Assembly (NCBI GenBank): GCA_963752715.1
Contig: CAVVZQ010000005.1
Location: forward strand, 10,030 to 74,029
Direction of reading: 5' to 3'
From: an uncultured Actinomycetota bacterium
Lineage (GTDB): Bacteria; Actinomycetota; Actinomycetes; Mycobacteriales; CAVVZQ01
Length of the DNA: 64,000 nt
Shown here: piece by piece, positions 27,984 through 37,914 of the stretch
How the letters are laid out: each line of letters starts with the position of its first letter
Numbering within the stretch: the first letter of the stretch is position 1
Notes under the pieces: generated by a model
What the model was told of the DNA's origin: nothing
The model's database searches: none
The model's input: only the letters and a program-made list of their open reading frames with translations
Program-made: the position numbers and the translations under genes

Positions 27984-28523
27984 TCAGTCCCGGCTGAAGA
28001 ACTGCCCGTAGACGATGAGGTCGACGCCGGCCCGGGGTGACCAGTCCCGCTCCGGAAGTCGCTGGAAGCCGAGCCGCTCGTAGAGCCGGTGGGCGGCGGT
28101 CATGCCCGGCATCGAGGACAGCACCAGGGCGGACGCACCGGCCCGCCGAGCCCGATCGAGACACTCCCGGACCAAGCTCGCTCCGACGCCCTGGCGGCGC
28201 GCCTCGGGGGCGACAGCAAGCATGCGAAAGACCGCCTCGTTCTCCCGGCCCACCTCCGCCACCGGCGAGGGCCAGAGAGCCAGCGCCACCGCACCGACCA
28301 CCACGGCGTTCTCGCCCAGGGTGGCCACCAGGATCTCGGCGTGGCGGGCACGGCCCGCGACGTCGGCGAGAGCCTGCGCGTACTCCTCGTCGCCGAAACC
28401 GTCGCCGAGGTATCCCCGCAGCGTCACATCGCGGACGGCGTCGTGGTCGAGCGGTGTGGCGTCGCGCACCCGTACGGTGCCGGTGCTCGCTGCCGCGGCC
28501 GACTGCCCGTGGTGGCTGCTCAG
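27984..28523 (-). CDS. GNAT family N-acetyltransferase
   Basis: [25 protein letters not shown]; start GTG 28469 or CTG 28523. Confidence 0.88.
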   Translation of the reverse strand: MSSHHGQSAAAASTGTVRVRDATPLDHDAVRDVTLRGYLGDGFGDEEYAQALADVAGRARHAEILVATLGENAVVVGAVALALWPSPVAEVGRENEAVFRMLAVAPEARRQGVGASLVRECLDRARRAGASALVLSSMPGMTAAHRLYERLGFQRLPERDWSPRAGVDLIVYGQFFSRD

Positions 28524-29530
28524 AACGTCTCCGAGAGCGCCTTGATCGGCATGCCCAGGTCGCGCAGCATCGAGATGTCCTCCTCGGCCGGCCGCCCCAG
28601 AGTGGTGAGGTAGTTGCCCACGATGACTGCGTTGATGCCCCCGGAGAGCCCCCGGTCGGCCAGGTCGCCGAGAGTGATCTCGCGGCCACCGGCGTAGCGC
28701 AGGATCGTGCGCGGCAGCGTCAGCCGGAACGCGGCCACGGTGCGCAGCGCCTCCTCCGGAGACATCACGTCGAGGTCCTCGAACGGTGTGCCGGGTCGGG
28801 GGTTGAGGAAGTTGAGTGGAACCTCGTCCGGGTCCAGTGACGCGAGCTGGGCAGCGAACTCGGCACGCTGGGCGAGCGTCTCGCCCATCCCGACGATGCC
28901 GCCGCAGCACACCTCCATGCCTGCCTCCCGGACGTACCGCAGCGTCTCGAAGCGCTCCTCCCAGGAGTGGGTGGTGACGACCTGGGGGAAGAAGGTACGT
29001 GCGGTCTCCAGGTTGTGGTTGTAGCGGTGCACGCCCATGTCCCGCAGCTCCGCGGCCTGCTCCTGGCTGAGGATGCCCAGTGAGCAGGCGACATTGATCT
29101 CGACAGCCGCATGGATCGCTGCCACGCCGTCCCGTACCTGAGACATCAGCCGCTGGTCCGGGCCGCGGACGGCAGCCACGATGCAGAACTCGGTCGCGCC
29201 GGTGGATGCGGTCTGCTCGGCGGCGCGGACCAGGTTGGGGATGTCCAGCCAGGCGGAGCGAACCGGGGAGGAGAACACCCCCGACTGCGAGCAGAAGTGG
29301 CAGTCCTCCGGACAGCCGCCGGTCTTCAGGCTGACGATGCCCTCGACCTCCACCTCGGGGCCGCACCACCGCATGCGTACCTCGTGAGCGAGCTCGAGCA
29401 GCTCGCCGAGCCGCTCGTCGGGGAGCTCGAGGACCTCGAGGCACATCGCCTCGTCCAGACCCTGTCCCTGCTCCAGCACGCGCGTGCGCGCCACGTCGAG
29501 GACGCCGGTCTTCTCGATGATCTCGGTCAC
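28520..29530 (-). CDS. bioB: Biotin synthase
   Basis: [11 protein letters not shown] radical-SAM motif, [27 protein letters not shown]. Confidence 0.97.
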   Translation of the reverse strand: MTEIIEKTGVLDVARTRVLEQGQGLDEAMCLEVLELPDERLGELLELAHEVRMRWCGPEVEVEGIVSLKTGGCPEDCHFCSQSGVFSSPVRSAWLDIPNLVRAAEQTASTGATEFCIVAAVRGPDQRLMSQVRDGVAAIHAAVEINVACSLGILSQEQAAELRDMGVHRYNHNLETARTFFPQVVTTHSWEERFETLRYVREAGMEVCCGGIVGMGETLAQRAEFAAQLASLDPDEVPLNFLNPRPGTPFEDLDVMSPEEALRTVAAFRLTLPRTILRYAGGREITLGDLADRGLSGGINAVIVGNYLTTLGRPAEEDISMLRDLGMPIKALSETF

Positions 29531-29551
29531 GTTCTCACTCCCGCCGGCACG

Positions 29552-30292
29552 TCAGTCGAGGCCGTTGCTGGTCTGTTGCTGGCGTATCCATTCTGAGGGG
29601 TCGAAGGTTCCTCCGTAGGCAGGTGCGAGCCACTCGCGGGCCTGCGCGGCGAAGGCCTCCGGGTCGGGCCAGTGTCTCCTGCCCACCCCGTCCGGCACCA
29701 CTCCCGCCAGCGGCCGGTTGGCCAGCGCCGTCAGGTCGGTGAGGTTGCATCTCATGGCCAGGTCCGGCTCGGCGGGCCAGGCGCCGACCACGACTCCGGA
29801 CAGCCGCAGCCCTCGTCCGGCTGCGACCTCCAGGGTCAGGGCGGTGTGGTTGAGGGTTCCCAGACCCGCCGCCGCGACCACGAGTACGGGTGCGTCCAGG
29901 GTTCGGGCCAGGTCGGCAAGGGTCCGGCCGTCGTCGTCGTAGTGCACGAGCAGACCCCCGGCACCCTCGACGAGGACCAGGTCGACGTCCCGCCGTAGCT
30001 GTGCCACCTCGGCTGCCACGAGGTCGAGGTCGACGGCGGGCAGGCCGCGCAGCCGGGCGGCGGTGGCCGGAGCGAGCGGGTCAGGGAACCGTGCGAACTC
30101 GCGCAGGCGGCGCGCCCCGCACAGCCGGGCCACTTCCTGCAGGTCGCCGGGCTCTTCCGCGGTGACCCCGGTCTGCGCGGGCTTGACGACGGCCACCGAG
30201 CAGCCTCGCTGCAGGGTCACGGCGGCCAGGGCGGCGGTGACGACCGTCTTCCCCACTCCGGTGCCGGTACCAGTGACGACGAGGATGCTCAT
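29552..30292 (-). CDS. bioD: Dethiobiotin synthase
   Basis: VTGTGTGVGKT, KPAQTG, VEGAGG, LGTLNHT. Confidence 0.96.
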   Translation of the reverse strand: MSILVVTGTGTGVGKTVVTAALAAVTLQRGCSVAVVKPAQTGVTAEEPGDLQEVARLCGARRLREFARFPDPLAPATAARLRGLPAVDLDLVAAEVAQLRRDVDLVLVEGAGGLLVHYDDDGRTLADLARTLDAPVLVVAAAGLGTLNHTALTLEVAAGRGLRLSGVVVGAWPAEPDLAMRCNLTDLTALANRPLAGVVPDGVGRRHWPDPEAFAAQAREWLAPAYGGTFDPSEWIRQQQTSNGLD

Positions 30293-30329
30293 GTCGACTC
30301 GACCGTACGGGAGGCTAGGCTTGCGCCCC

Positions 30330-30761
30330 ATGACCATGCCCGCTCGGGTGACGTTCGTCACCCTCGTAGTCCGTGATCTGCAACGAATGGCGGGCTTCTT
30401 CCGGGCGCTCGGGTGGCCGGAGTCGGAGCGCAGGGGGCCGGGGCACGTGGCGTTCCGCTGCGGCGGTGCCGTGTTCGCGCTGGCCCAGGCCTCTCTCGTG
30501 GTCGAAGACCTGGGAGCACCCCCACCGCCGGGCGCCTTCAAAGGCGTCGTGTTCACCGTCAACGTGGACGTTCCGGACGAGGTCGACAGGGCTTTCGAGG
30601 CGGTCAAGGACGTCGACGGCGCGCTGATCCTGACCGAGCCGCACGACCTCTTTCTCGGAACCCGCGGTTTCACCTTCCGGGACCCGGAGGACAACGTCTG
30701 GGACGTCATCTGGACGGAGGGCACCACCTTTGACGACCGCGGTGGACTCAACTACCCGTAG
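30330..30761 (+). CDS. VOC (glyoxalase/bleomycin resistance) family protein
   Basis: VTLVVRDL...FF..LGW; FRDPEDNVW. Confidence 0.85.
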   Translation: MTMPARVTFVTLVVRDLQRMAGFFRALGWPESERRGPGHVAFRCGGAVFALAQASLVVEDLGAPPPPGAFKGVVFTVNVDVPDEVDRAFEAVKDVDGALILTEPHDLFLGTRGFTFRDPEDNVWDVIWTEGTTFDDRGGLNYP

Positions 30762-30803
30762 CGGGACACCGCGCGAGTCAGGTCAGCATCGGAGGCAGAC
30801 AGC

Positions 30804-32234
30804 ATGAGCAGTGACCCGGAGCGCTTGGCGAGTGCCGACAGCTTCTGGCTGGACGCGGATGTCACCCGCCCGTCGATCGCGATCGGCGCTCTCACGGTCG
30901 TGGACGGGCCAGCGCCCACGATCGAGCAGCTGCGTGAGCTGACCGCACAGCGGCTGCCCGAGATGGAGCGCCTGCGCCAGCGTGTCAGGCCGAGCAGTGT
31001 CAGGCTGAAGCGCCCGACCTGGGAGACCGTCGACGAGGTGGACCTTGAGCATCACGTCCGGGCGGTCACTCTCGAGGCCCCCGGAGACCGGGCTGCGCTC
31101 GAGCGGCTGGTCGGCCGCATCATGGAGATCCCCCTGGACCTCGACCGTCCGCTGTGGGACAGCCACGTCGTCTACGGGCTGCCGGACGATGGCTGGGCGA
31201 TGGTCACGCGTACCCACCACGCCGTCGCCGACGGTCAGGGGGCGGTGCTGCTGATGGGAAGGTGGCTCGACACCGACCAGGCGGGCAGCATGAGCCTGAC
31301 CGCGGCCCTGGAACAGCTCATGGCGGCGGCCGGGCCGTCCGGCGGGTCCGACAGTCCCGGTCAGGACTCTGGGCTCGACAAGAACACCAGGACGCAACGC
31401 TCGCTGGCGCAGGCCTTCAGCCAGGGCGGAGACCTCATCCTGCGGACGCTGCGCAAGGGCGTCGAGGCGGCTCCGGAGGTCATTTCCCAGGCCGGTGAGG
31501 GGCTGTCCACGATGGTTGGCCACAAGCCGGGCTCGCTGGCCGGTCGTCCAGGTGACGAGCGGCACTGGGTCTCCGTGGACGTCTCTCTGTCCGACGTCAA
31601 GCGGATCCGCACGGCTCACGGAGGAACCGTCAACGACGTCGTGATGACTCTGCTCTCGGGCGGCTACCGCAAGGCGATCGAAGCGCTCGACGAGCCGCTC
31701 GCTGGCCGCATTGTTCGCGTACTGGTCCCGGTGTCGATCCGTACGCCGGGTGACCTTGCCACGAACAACCAGGTCAGTGGCCTGTTCGTGCAGATTCCGG
31801 TGGACGGCACGGCGGCGGAGCGGCTCACCGCCATCCGCACGCACATCAACAAGCTGAAGGGATCCGGCTTCCCGGCGGCGGGCAAGCTGATGTGGGAGGC
31901 CACCCAGTCCACGCCCGCGGCGCTGCAGACGGTCGTCGTGGGCAACATGACCACGCTGCCCGCGTACATCATGGAGACCCTGGTCACCAACGTTCCCGGG
32001 CCGCAGTTCCCGATCTACCTGGCAGGCCGGAAGCTCCAGGCGATGTACCCGATCATCCCGCTGGGCGGGTCGCTTCGGGTCTCCACCGGGGTGCTGTCCT
32101 ACGACGGGACGCTGAACTTCGGTATCTCCGGGGGCAAGTACGCCGGGGACCAGATAGCGCAGATCCGGGAAGGGATTGAGGAGACCCTGAACGAGCTGCT
32201 CAGCCCCGCGCAACCGACTCCAGCGCCCGCCTGA
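30804..32234 (+). CDS. Wax ester synthase / diacylglycerol acyltransferase
   Basis: LDLDRPLW, HHAVADG catalytic motif, GTVNDVV, VTNVPGP; GGAGG SD. Confidence 0.94.
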   Translation: MSSDPERLASADSFWLDADVTRPSIAIGALTVVDGPAPTIEQLRELTAQRLPEMERLRQRVRPSSVRLKRPTWETVDEVDLEHHVRAVTLEAPGDRAALERLVGRIMEIPLDLDRPLWDSHVVYGLPDDGWAMVTRTHHAVADGQGAVLLMGRWLDTDQAGSMSLTAALEQLMAAAGPSGGSDSPGQDSGLDKNTRTQRSLAQAFSQGGDLILRTLRKGVEAAPEVISQAGEGLSTMVGHKPGSLAGRPGDERHWVSVDVSLSDVKRIRTAHGGTVNDVVMTLLSGGYRKAIEALDEPLAGRIVRVLVPVSIRTPGDLATNNQVSGLFVQIPVDGTAAERLTAIRTHINKLKGSGFPAAGKLMWEATQSTPAALQTVVVGNMTTLPAYIMETLVTNVPGPQFPIYLAGRKLQAMYPIIPLGGSLRVSTGVLSYDGTLNFGISGGKYAGDQIAQIREGIEETLNELLSPAQPTPAPA

Positions 32235-33423
32235 TCCGGTCCTGCTCGCCGGCGGTGAGCCCGGCGTGGGCGGTCAGTCGCAGGCAGCTGCGACCAGGGG
32301 GTACGGACGGCGGCCGGAAGCAGCCGACCCGTACGCCGTGTCGCTGACAGGCGTCACGGCCGAGCAGCGCGGCCTCCTCCGAGCCCATGAGCACCGAGAC
32401 CACGGCCGCATCGGGTCGTGAGGCACGCAGTCCCACCGCGGTGGCGGTGCCGGCGAGCCAGTCGGCCGCGGCGCGGGCGCGCTCGGGAAGCCCCGGGTCG
32501 GACGCCAGCACCCGCAGGGCCTCGGTCGCGGCCGCCGTGGCCGGCGGTGCCAGCGCGGTATCGAAGATCACCGGTCGGGCGGTGTTGACCAGCAGGTCAC
32601 GAACCTCCACCGGGCCCAGCACCGCCCCGCCCTGGGAGCCTAGGGCCTTGGAGAGGGTGACCGTCAGCAGCACGTCCGGTTCGCCGGCGAGCCCGGCTGC
32701 GGCCGCTGCGCCCCGTCCGCCCGGCCCGACCACGCCGAGTGCATGGGCTTCGTCAACCACCAGCCACGCCTCGTGCGCGCGGCAGATCTCGTGCAGCTCG
32801 CGCAGCGGTGCCAGGTCGCCGTCCACGCTGAACACCGCGTCGGTGACCACGACGGCATGGGCCTCGCTGCGGGACTCCAGCGCGGCACGGACGCGTGCCA
32901 CGTCCCGGTGGCCGACGACCTCGACGCGCGCGCGGGACAGCCGGCAGGCGTCGATCAGCGAGGCGTGGTTGTCGATGTCCGAGACGACCAGCGTGCCCGG
33001 CCCCGCCAGGGCGGTGACCAGTCCGAGGTTGGCGAGGTAGCCGGAAGAGAAGGTCAGCGCCGACTCACTGCCGGTGAAGCCTGCCAGGGCTGCCTCGAGA
33101 GCAGCGTGCAGCTCTGTGTGACCGGTGACCAGCTGCGAGGCGCCGGACCCGGCTCCCCAGGTCCGCGCCGCCTGGGCGGCAGCCGCCGTGACCCGCGGGT
33201 TCGTCGCCAGCCGGAGGTAGTCGTTGGAGGCGAGATCGATGTCGCCGATGTCGCCGGCGTCGCCGGGGTCGCCGGGGGAGGTGCCCCCCGGCCACGGCGT
33301 ACGGGCCCCGAGGCTGCGCCACAGCCCGGCCTCGCGCCGGGCCTGCAGAGTCGCGCGCACCTGCCGCAGCACGCTGGGCTCGACGCGCTGGGCGGCCGTC
33401 GAGCGCGCGTCGGGCCCCGTCAC
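32200..33423 (-). CDS. bioF: 8-amino-7-oxononanoate synthase
   Basis: DLASNDYL, FSSGYLAN, NHASLIDA, VFSVDGD, VDEAHA, TLSKALG, FRPPSVP; GTGA overlap with bioA. Confidence 0.95.
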   Translation of the reverse strand: MTGPDARSTAAQRVEPSVLRQVRATLQARREAGLWRSLGARTPWPGGTSPGDPGDAGDIGDIDLASNDYLRLATNPRVTAAAAQAARTWGAGSGASQLVTGHTELHAALEAALAGFTGSESALTFSSGYLANLGLVTALAGPGTLVVSDIDNHASLIDACRLSRARVEVVGHRDVARVRAALESRSEAHAVVVTDAVFSVDGDLAPLRELHEICRAHEAWLVVDEAHALGVVGPGGRGAAAAAGLAGEPDVLLTVTLSKALGSQGGAVLGPVEVRDLLVNTARPVIFDTALAPPATAAATEALRVLASDPGLPERARAAADWLAGTATAVGLRASRPDAAVVSVLMGSEEAALLGRDACQRHGVRVGCFRPPSVPPGRSCLRLTAHAGLTAGEQDRIRRALESVARG

Positions 33424-34811
33424 CCGAACACCTCGTCGAGGCCGCTCGCCAGCGCGGCCACGATGGTCTCGATCTCCGGCTCCTGGATCGCCAGCGGCGG
33501 CATGATGACCACGACGTCGCCCAGCGGCCGCAGCCACACGCCGTGCTCCCGGGCCCGACGGCACACGTCGAAGCCCGTCCGCTCCGTCCTGGGATGCACT
33601 TCCACCCCTGTCATGGTGCCGATCCGGCGGATCTCCCGTACCCCTGGGTGGGAGGCCAGCGGCGCCAGCCGCGCGCCCAGCCGCTCGCCGACGTCGGCGG
33701 CGTGGGCGACCGTGTTGCGCGTGTGCATGAGCTCCAGGTTCGCCAGTGCCGCCGCACACGCCAAGGGGTTCGCCGTGTAGGTGTGGCCGTGGAAGAAGGT
33801 CCGGGCGCTGGCCGGCGTTCCGAGGAAGGAGGCGAATATCTCCTCGGTCGCCAGCACCGCCGACAGCGGCAGGTACCCGCCGGTCACGCGTTTGCCCAGC
33901 ACCAGCAGGTCCGGCACGACTCCGGCGTGGTCCACGGCCCACCATCGCCCGGTGGCCCCGATCCCGGTGGCGACCTCGTCGGCCACCATGGCCACGCCGT
34001 AGGTGTCGCAGACCTCCCTGACGCCGACCAGGAACTGCGGGTCGTGGGTCAGCATCCCGCCGGCCCCCTGCACCAGCGGCTCGACCACGACGGCACACAC
34101 TGCGTGGCCCTCGGCGGCCATCAGAGCTCTGAGCTCGGCCACCACCTCGGCTGCCCGCTCGGCGGGGGCCTGGCCCTCGCGTCGGACACCGGGGGAGGAA
34201 ACCATCCGTGTCTCGAGCAGGATGGGCCCGTAGGTGTGGTGGAACAGGTCGATGCCGCCCACGCTGACCGCGCCCAGGGTGTCCCCGTGGTAGCCCTCGG
34301 CGACGTGCACGTAGAGCGGTCGCCGCTCGCCCCGCTGCAGAGCCGACTGGTAGGCCATCTTGATGGCGGCCTCGGCGGCCGACGAGCCGTCCCCGGCGTA
34401 GAACACGCGCGTCAGCCTGCGATCCGGTCCGGTGGGCGCCACCCGGAGCAGCTCCTCGGCCAGCCTGATACCCGGCTCGTGGGTCATGCCCAGGAACGTG
34501 CTGTGGTCCAGCTGGCGCAGCTGGGCGGTGATCGCCGCGTCGATCTCCGGAACGCGGTGCCCGTGCACCGTGACCCACAGCGACGACACGGCGTCGAGGT
34601 AGCGGCGGCCCTCGGTGTCCACGAGGTACATGCCTTCCGCCCGGTCGATCACCAGGGGGGCGTCCTCAGCCCAGCGCGAGTGCTGGGTGAACGGGTGCCA
34701 GACGGCATGCTGGTCCCGGGCGAGCAGGTCGGACGTACGGTCGGTCGGGTCGGTCTGGTGCTGCGGAGCCAGGGGCACGTGCGTCACCTTCGTGGGACGG
34801 TCGGGTGGCAT
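33420..34811 (-). CDS. bioA: Adenosylmethionine-8-amino-7-oxononanoate aminotransferase
   Basis: VWHPFTQ, SSLWV..HGH, YHGDT, EPLVQGAGGM, DEVATG, FFHGHTY; start may be slightly downstream. Confidence 0.95.
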   Translation of the reverse strand: MPPDRPTKVTHVPLAPQHQTDPTDRTSDLLARDQHAVWHPFTQHSRWAEDAPLVIDRAEGMYLVDTEGRRYLDAVSSLWVTVHGHRVPEIDAAITAQLRQLDHSTFLGMTHEPGIRLAEELLRVAPTGPDRRLTRVFYAGDGSSAAEAAIKMAYQSALQRGERRPLYVHVAEGYHGDTLGAVSVGGIDLFHHTYGPILLETRMVSSPGVRREGQAPAERAAEVVAELRALMAAEGHAVCAVVVEPLVQGAGGMLTHDPQFLVGVREVCDTYGVAMVADEVATGIGATGRWWAVDHAGVVPDLLVLGKRVTGGYLPLSAVLATEEIFASFLGTPASARTFFHGHTYTANPLACAAALANLELMHTRNTVAHAADVGERLGARLAPLASHPGVREIRRIGTMTGVEVHPRTERTGFDVCRRAREHGVWLRPLGDVVVIMPPLAIQEPEIETIVAALASGLDEVFG

Positions 34812-34832
34812 GTCGTGGCACGCTTGAGGTCA

Positions 34833-36401
34833 GTGTCCACACTGCCGCACCTCGCCGCCCGCGACATCGCTTTGGGGCCACGTGACATCAGCCACCTGAA
34901 GCATCTGGTCGCGGACTGGCAGCTGCTCGCGGACCTCTCCTTCGCCGACCTGCTGCTATGGGTGCTCCGAACGGACGGGACGTGGGTCTGTGTGGCGCAG
35001 GTTCGCCCGCTGACGAGCCCGACCGCATACGAGCACGACCGGATCGGACAGCGCGCCGAGCCGACGCTGGCGGGACTGCTCGCCTCGGGAGCCGCGGCAC
35101 GCCACCCGTTGCGCATCACCGGGCTTCCCGGTCGCCCCGGCGGCCGGGGCGGTCCCGGGCCGGCACGGGTCGGTAGCGTCCCGGTGTCGCGTGACCTGAT
35201 ACCGGTGCGGTTCGAGGGTCGGGTGGTCGGTGTTCTGCTCCGGGACCGCGGCGCGGTCGGTCGGGAGCGCTCCGGCGGGCTGGAGGCGAACTACCGCAGG
35301 GCTGCCGACCTGCTGTGCGAGATGGTCGCCGAGGGGTCGTTTCCCGCGGCCTCGGACGGCTCCGACGACCCCCTCGGCCCCAGGGTGGGGGACGGGCTGG
35401 TGCGCCTCGACCCGGCGGGCGTCGTGACGTTCGCCAGTCCCAACGCCCAGTCCGCCCTTCGCAGACTGGGCCTGGCCCGCTACCTCGTCGGGGAGCGACT
35501 GGCCGACGTGGTCACCGAGCTGATGCCGGAACCCGGCGAGCGACGTGCCGCGCTGTCCGGCATGGCGGCGGCGCTGGCGGGCGAGAGCTCCGCCCCGGTG
35601 GAGCTGGTGGGCGCCGGGGCAGCGGCGGTGCTGCGGGTGATCCCGGTCCGCCGGGCGGGACGGGGCGCGGGAGCTCTGGTGCTGCTGCGTGACGTCACCG
35701 ACCTGCGGCTGCGGGAGAGCCAGCTGCGCGGCAAGGAGGCGACGATCCGGGAGGTGCACCACCGCGTCAAGAACAGCCTGCAGAGCGTCTCTGCTCTGCT
35801 GCGGCTGCAGGCCAGGCGGGTGGGCTCGCCGGAGGCCGCCGACGCGCTGCTGGAGGCCGTACGACGGGTGAGCTCGATCGCCCTCGTGCACGAGGCACTC
35901 GCGCGCGCGGGTGACGAGGCGGTGCCGTTGGACGATGTCGTGAGGGTCGTGGTGGCTTCCATGAGCGAGCTGGGCGGCGTGGCCGGAGACATTCGTACCG
36001 AAGGGGTGTTCGGCGAGGTTCCCTCGGAGGTGGCCACCCCGCTGGTCGTCGTGATCGGCGAGCTGCTGCACAACGCGGCCGAGCATGCCTATCCGGAAGG
36101 GCAGCCGGGGCCGGTGATCGTTCGCGCCGGCCGGCGTCGCGGACTGCTGCGCGTCGTGGTGTCCGACCGAGGGGTCGGCCTTCCCCGTGACGGCGCTGCT
36201 CGATCCACCCGCGGACTGGGCCTGAGCATCGTCCGGACGCTGGTAGAGGATGAGATCGGCGGGCTGTTCAGCATCGGTCCGGGGGTGGGAACCGACGGTA
36301 CTGCCTGGGGTACCGAGGCGGTCGTCGAGGTTCCGTTGCGGGACCAGTCGGTGAGCGGTGACCAGGGGCTCGCTGCGGGGGCGCAGGACCCACAGCGCTA
36401 A
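34833..36401 (+). CDS. PdtaS-like cytoplasmic sensor histidine kinase (HisKA_2)
   Basis: DWQLLADLSFADLLLWV, PRVGDG, IREVHHRVKNSLQ, ELLHNA.EH, GLGLSIV. Confidence 0.92.
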   Translation: MSTLPHLAARDIALGPRDISHLKHLVADWQLLADLSFADLLLWVLRTDGTWVCVAQVRPLTSPTAYEHDRIGQRAEPTLAGLLASGAAARHPLRITGLPGRPGGRGGPGPARVGSVPVSRDLIPVRFEGRVVGVLLRDRGAVGRERSGGLEANYRRAADLLCEMVAEGSFPAASDGSDDPLGPRVGDGLVRLDPAGVVTFASPNAQSALRRLGLARYLVGERLADVVTELMPEPGERRAALSGMAAALAGESSAPVELVGAGAAAVLRVIPVRRAGRGAGALVLLRDVTDLRLRESQLRGKEATIREVHHRVKNSLQSVSALLRLQARRVGSPEAADALLEAVRRVSSIALVHEALARAGDEAVPLDDVVRVVVASMSELGGVAGDIRTEGVFGEVPSEVATPLVVVIGELLHNAAEHAYPEGQPGPVIVRAGRRRGLLRVVVSDRGVGLPRDGAARSTRGLGLSIVRTLVEDEIGGLFSIGPGVGTDGTAWGTEAVVEVPLRDQSVSGDQGLAAGAQDPQR

Positions 36402-36470
36402 GTGTCCTGGCGGGCGGCCGGGCTGCCGGGCGCCGGGTAGCTGAGTGGCCGGGTGGCTGAGAAGCCGGAG

Positions 36471-36719
36471 TCAGGCGGTACGGGCGCGGGCGCGCTGCCG
36501 GCGGCGGAGTGCCCGCCGCTCGTCCTCCGACAGTCCTCCCCAGATCCCTGCGTCCTGACCGTTGTCTAGCGCCCAGGTCAGGCACTCCTGAGTCACCGGA
36601 CAGCGGGTACAGATAGCCTTGGCCCGCTCCAGCTGGCGCACCGCGGGGCCGGTGTTGCCGATGGGGAAGAAGAGCTCGGGGTCCTCGTCGCGGCACAGGG
36701 CGTGGTGACGCCAGTCCAT
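36471..36719 (-). CDS. whiB1: WhiB-family Fe-S regulator (WhiB1/WblE)
   Basis: MDWRHHALCRDEDPELFFPIGNTGPA, C..CPV..C, GIWGGLSEDERR. Confidence 0.93.
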   Translation of the reverse strand: MDWRHHALCRDEDPELFFPIGNTGPAVRQLERAKAICTRCPVTQECLTWALDNGQDAGIWGGLSEDERRALRRRQRARARTA

Positions 36720-36758
36720 GTCTTCTCTCCTCTGCGTAGCGCCGCCCTGCGGCACTCC

Positions 36759-36800
36759 GTCAAGCCCTAACTGTCAAGCCCTAACTGTCAAGCCCGAACT
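36759..36800. repeat. 14-bp tandem repeat x3 upstream of whiB1
   Basis: GTCAAGCCCTAACT at 36759 and 36773, variant at 36787; reads TTGAC on the whiB1 strand. Confidence 0.88.
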
Positions 36801-36901
36801 CCTGCGTACGGGGCCCGGTGTGGGTCCCTACCCCTTCGCTTGTGCAGCCTTGCACAAGACGGAGCCTTGTCAAGGGTGGTCTTGTCATGACTTGGCCGCT
36901 A

Positions 36902-36917
36902 CATGACCTCGATCACT
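36902..36917 (-). promoter_or_regulatory. Candidate CRP-family binding site upstream of whiB1
   Basis: AGTGA-N6-TCATG on minus strand resembles TGTGA-N6-TCACA; a TTGACA hexamer lies at 36873-36868. Confidence 0.4.
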
Positions 36918-36956
36918 CCCACCACTCCCATCCTTCGCAGCCGCGCCGTGCCAGCG

Positions 36957-37880
36957 CTAGGCCACGACTGTCAGCGCCGTGGGGAAGGCGCGGATGGTGA
37001 CCGCCGTACGCTCCCCGATGTAGTCCCCGTCCAGCTGGAAGGGGGTGGGACGGCGGGCCCGCAGCGTGAGCTCCCACAGGTTGTGCCGTCTGACCAAGTG
37101 AGGGCCCCGCGGTCGGCCCGGCACCTGAACGATCTGCGACAGCGTCCAGAAGGTGGTCAGGCTGTCCAGTCGCTTCATCGCGAACAGGTCGAGGCCGCCC
37201 TCGAAGGTCGCGTCGGGGTTGGGGTCGATCGGCCACACGCCCGCGTACGTCCACGGTGTCGTGTTGGACAGGATGACCTCGGCCAGGCGGGGAATCGGTG
37301 GCTGGCCGGGAATGTCCAGCGTGATGCCGGGCTGGAAGCGCTTGCTGGAACCGTAGAACTCCTTGACCGCACAGTTCGTGTACAGGAAGCTCGAGGCCCG
37401 CTGGCCCTTGGCCCGTTCCTCCTCCACCCGCTTGAGCACCGCCGCGTCGAAGCCCATACCTGCGGTGAAGGCGAACCAGCGCTCGTCCGCGCGGCCCACC
37501 GTGATCTTTCGCGTCTTGCGAGCCGCGATGTTCTCCAGAACCTGACCCAGCGCCTCGAGCGGAAGGTTCGAGTAGCCGAGGGAGCGTGCTACCACGTTGG
37601 CCTGGCCGCCCGGCACGATCGCGAGCGCGGGAAGGTCGTCGCGAGGGCCGTCGCTGAACAGCCCGTTGAGGACCTCGTTCACCGTGCCGTCGCCACCCAC
37701 CGCAACGACCAGGTCGAAGTCCCCCCGAGCGGCGTCGCGGGCGATCTCGACGGCGTGCATCCGGTACTGCGTCTCGACCACGCTGAGATCCTGACGGGCA
37801 GACCGGACGGCTTCCTCGACCACCCGCCGTGCTGCGCGACTCGTGGTGGCCCGCGGGTTGAGAATCATCAGCGCTCGCAC
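36957..37880 (-). CDS. Diacylglycerol kinase family lipid kinase
   Basis: LNPRAT, GGDGTVNEV.NG, PGGQANV.AR, GMGFDA, QLDGD. Confidence 0.92.
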   Translation of the reverse strand: MRALMILNPRATTSRAARRVVEEAVRSARQDLSVVETQYRMHAVEIARDAARGDFDLVVAVGGDGTVNEVLNGLFSDGPRDDLPALAIVPGGQANVVARSLGYSNLPLEALGQVLENIAARKTRKITVGRADERWFAFTAGMGFDAAVLKRVEEERAKGQRASSFLYTNCAVKEFYGSSKRFQPGITLDIPGQPPIPRLAEVILSNTTPWTYAGVWPIDPNPDATFEGGLDLFAMKRLDSLTTFWTLSQIVQVPGRPRGPHLVRRHNLWELTLRARRPTPFQLDGDYIGERTAVTIRAFPTALTVVA

Positions 37881-37914
37881 GGAAGCGAACTCTAGTCGGT
37901 CGTACCCTCGCACC

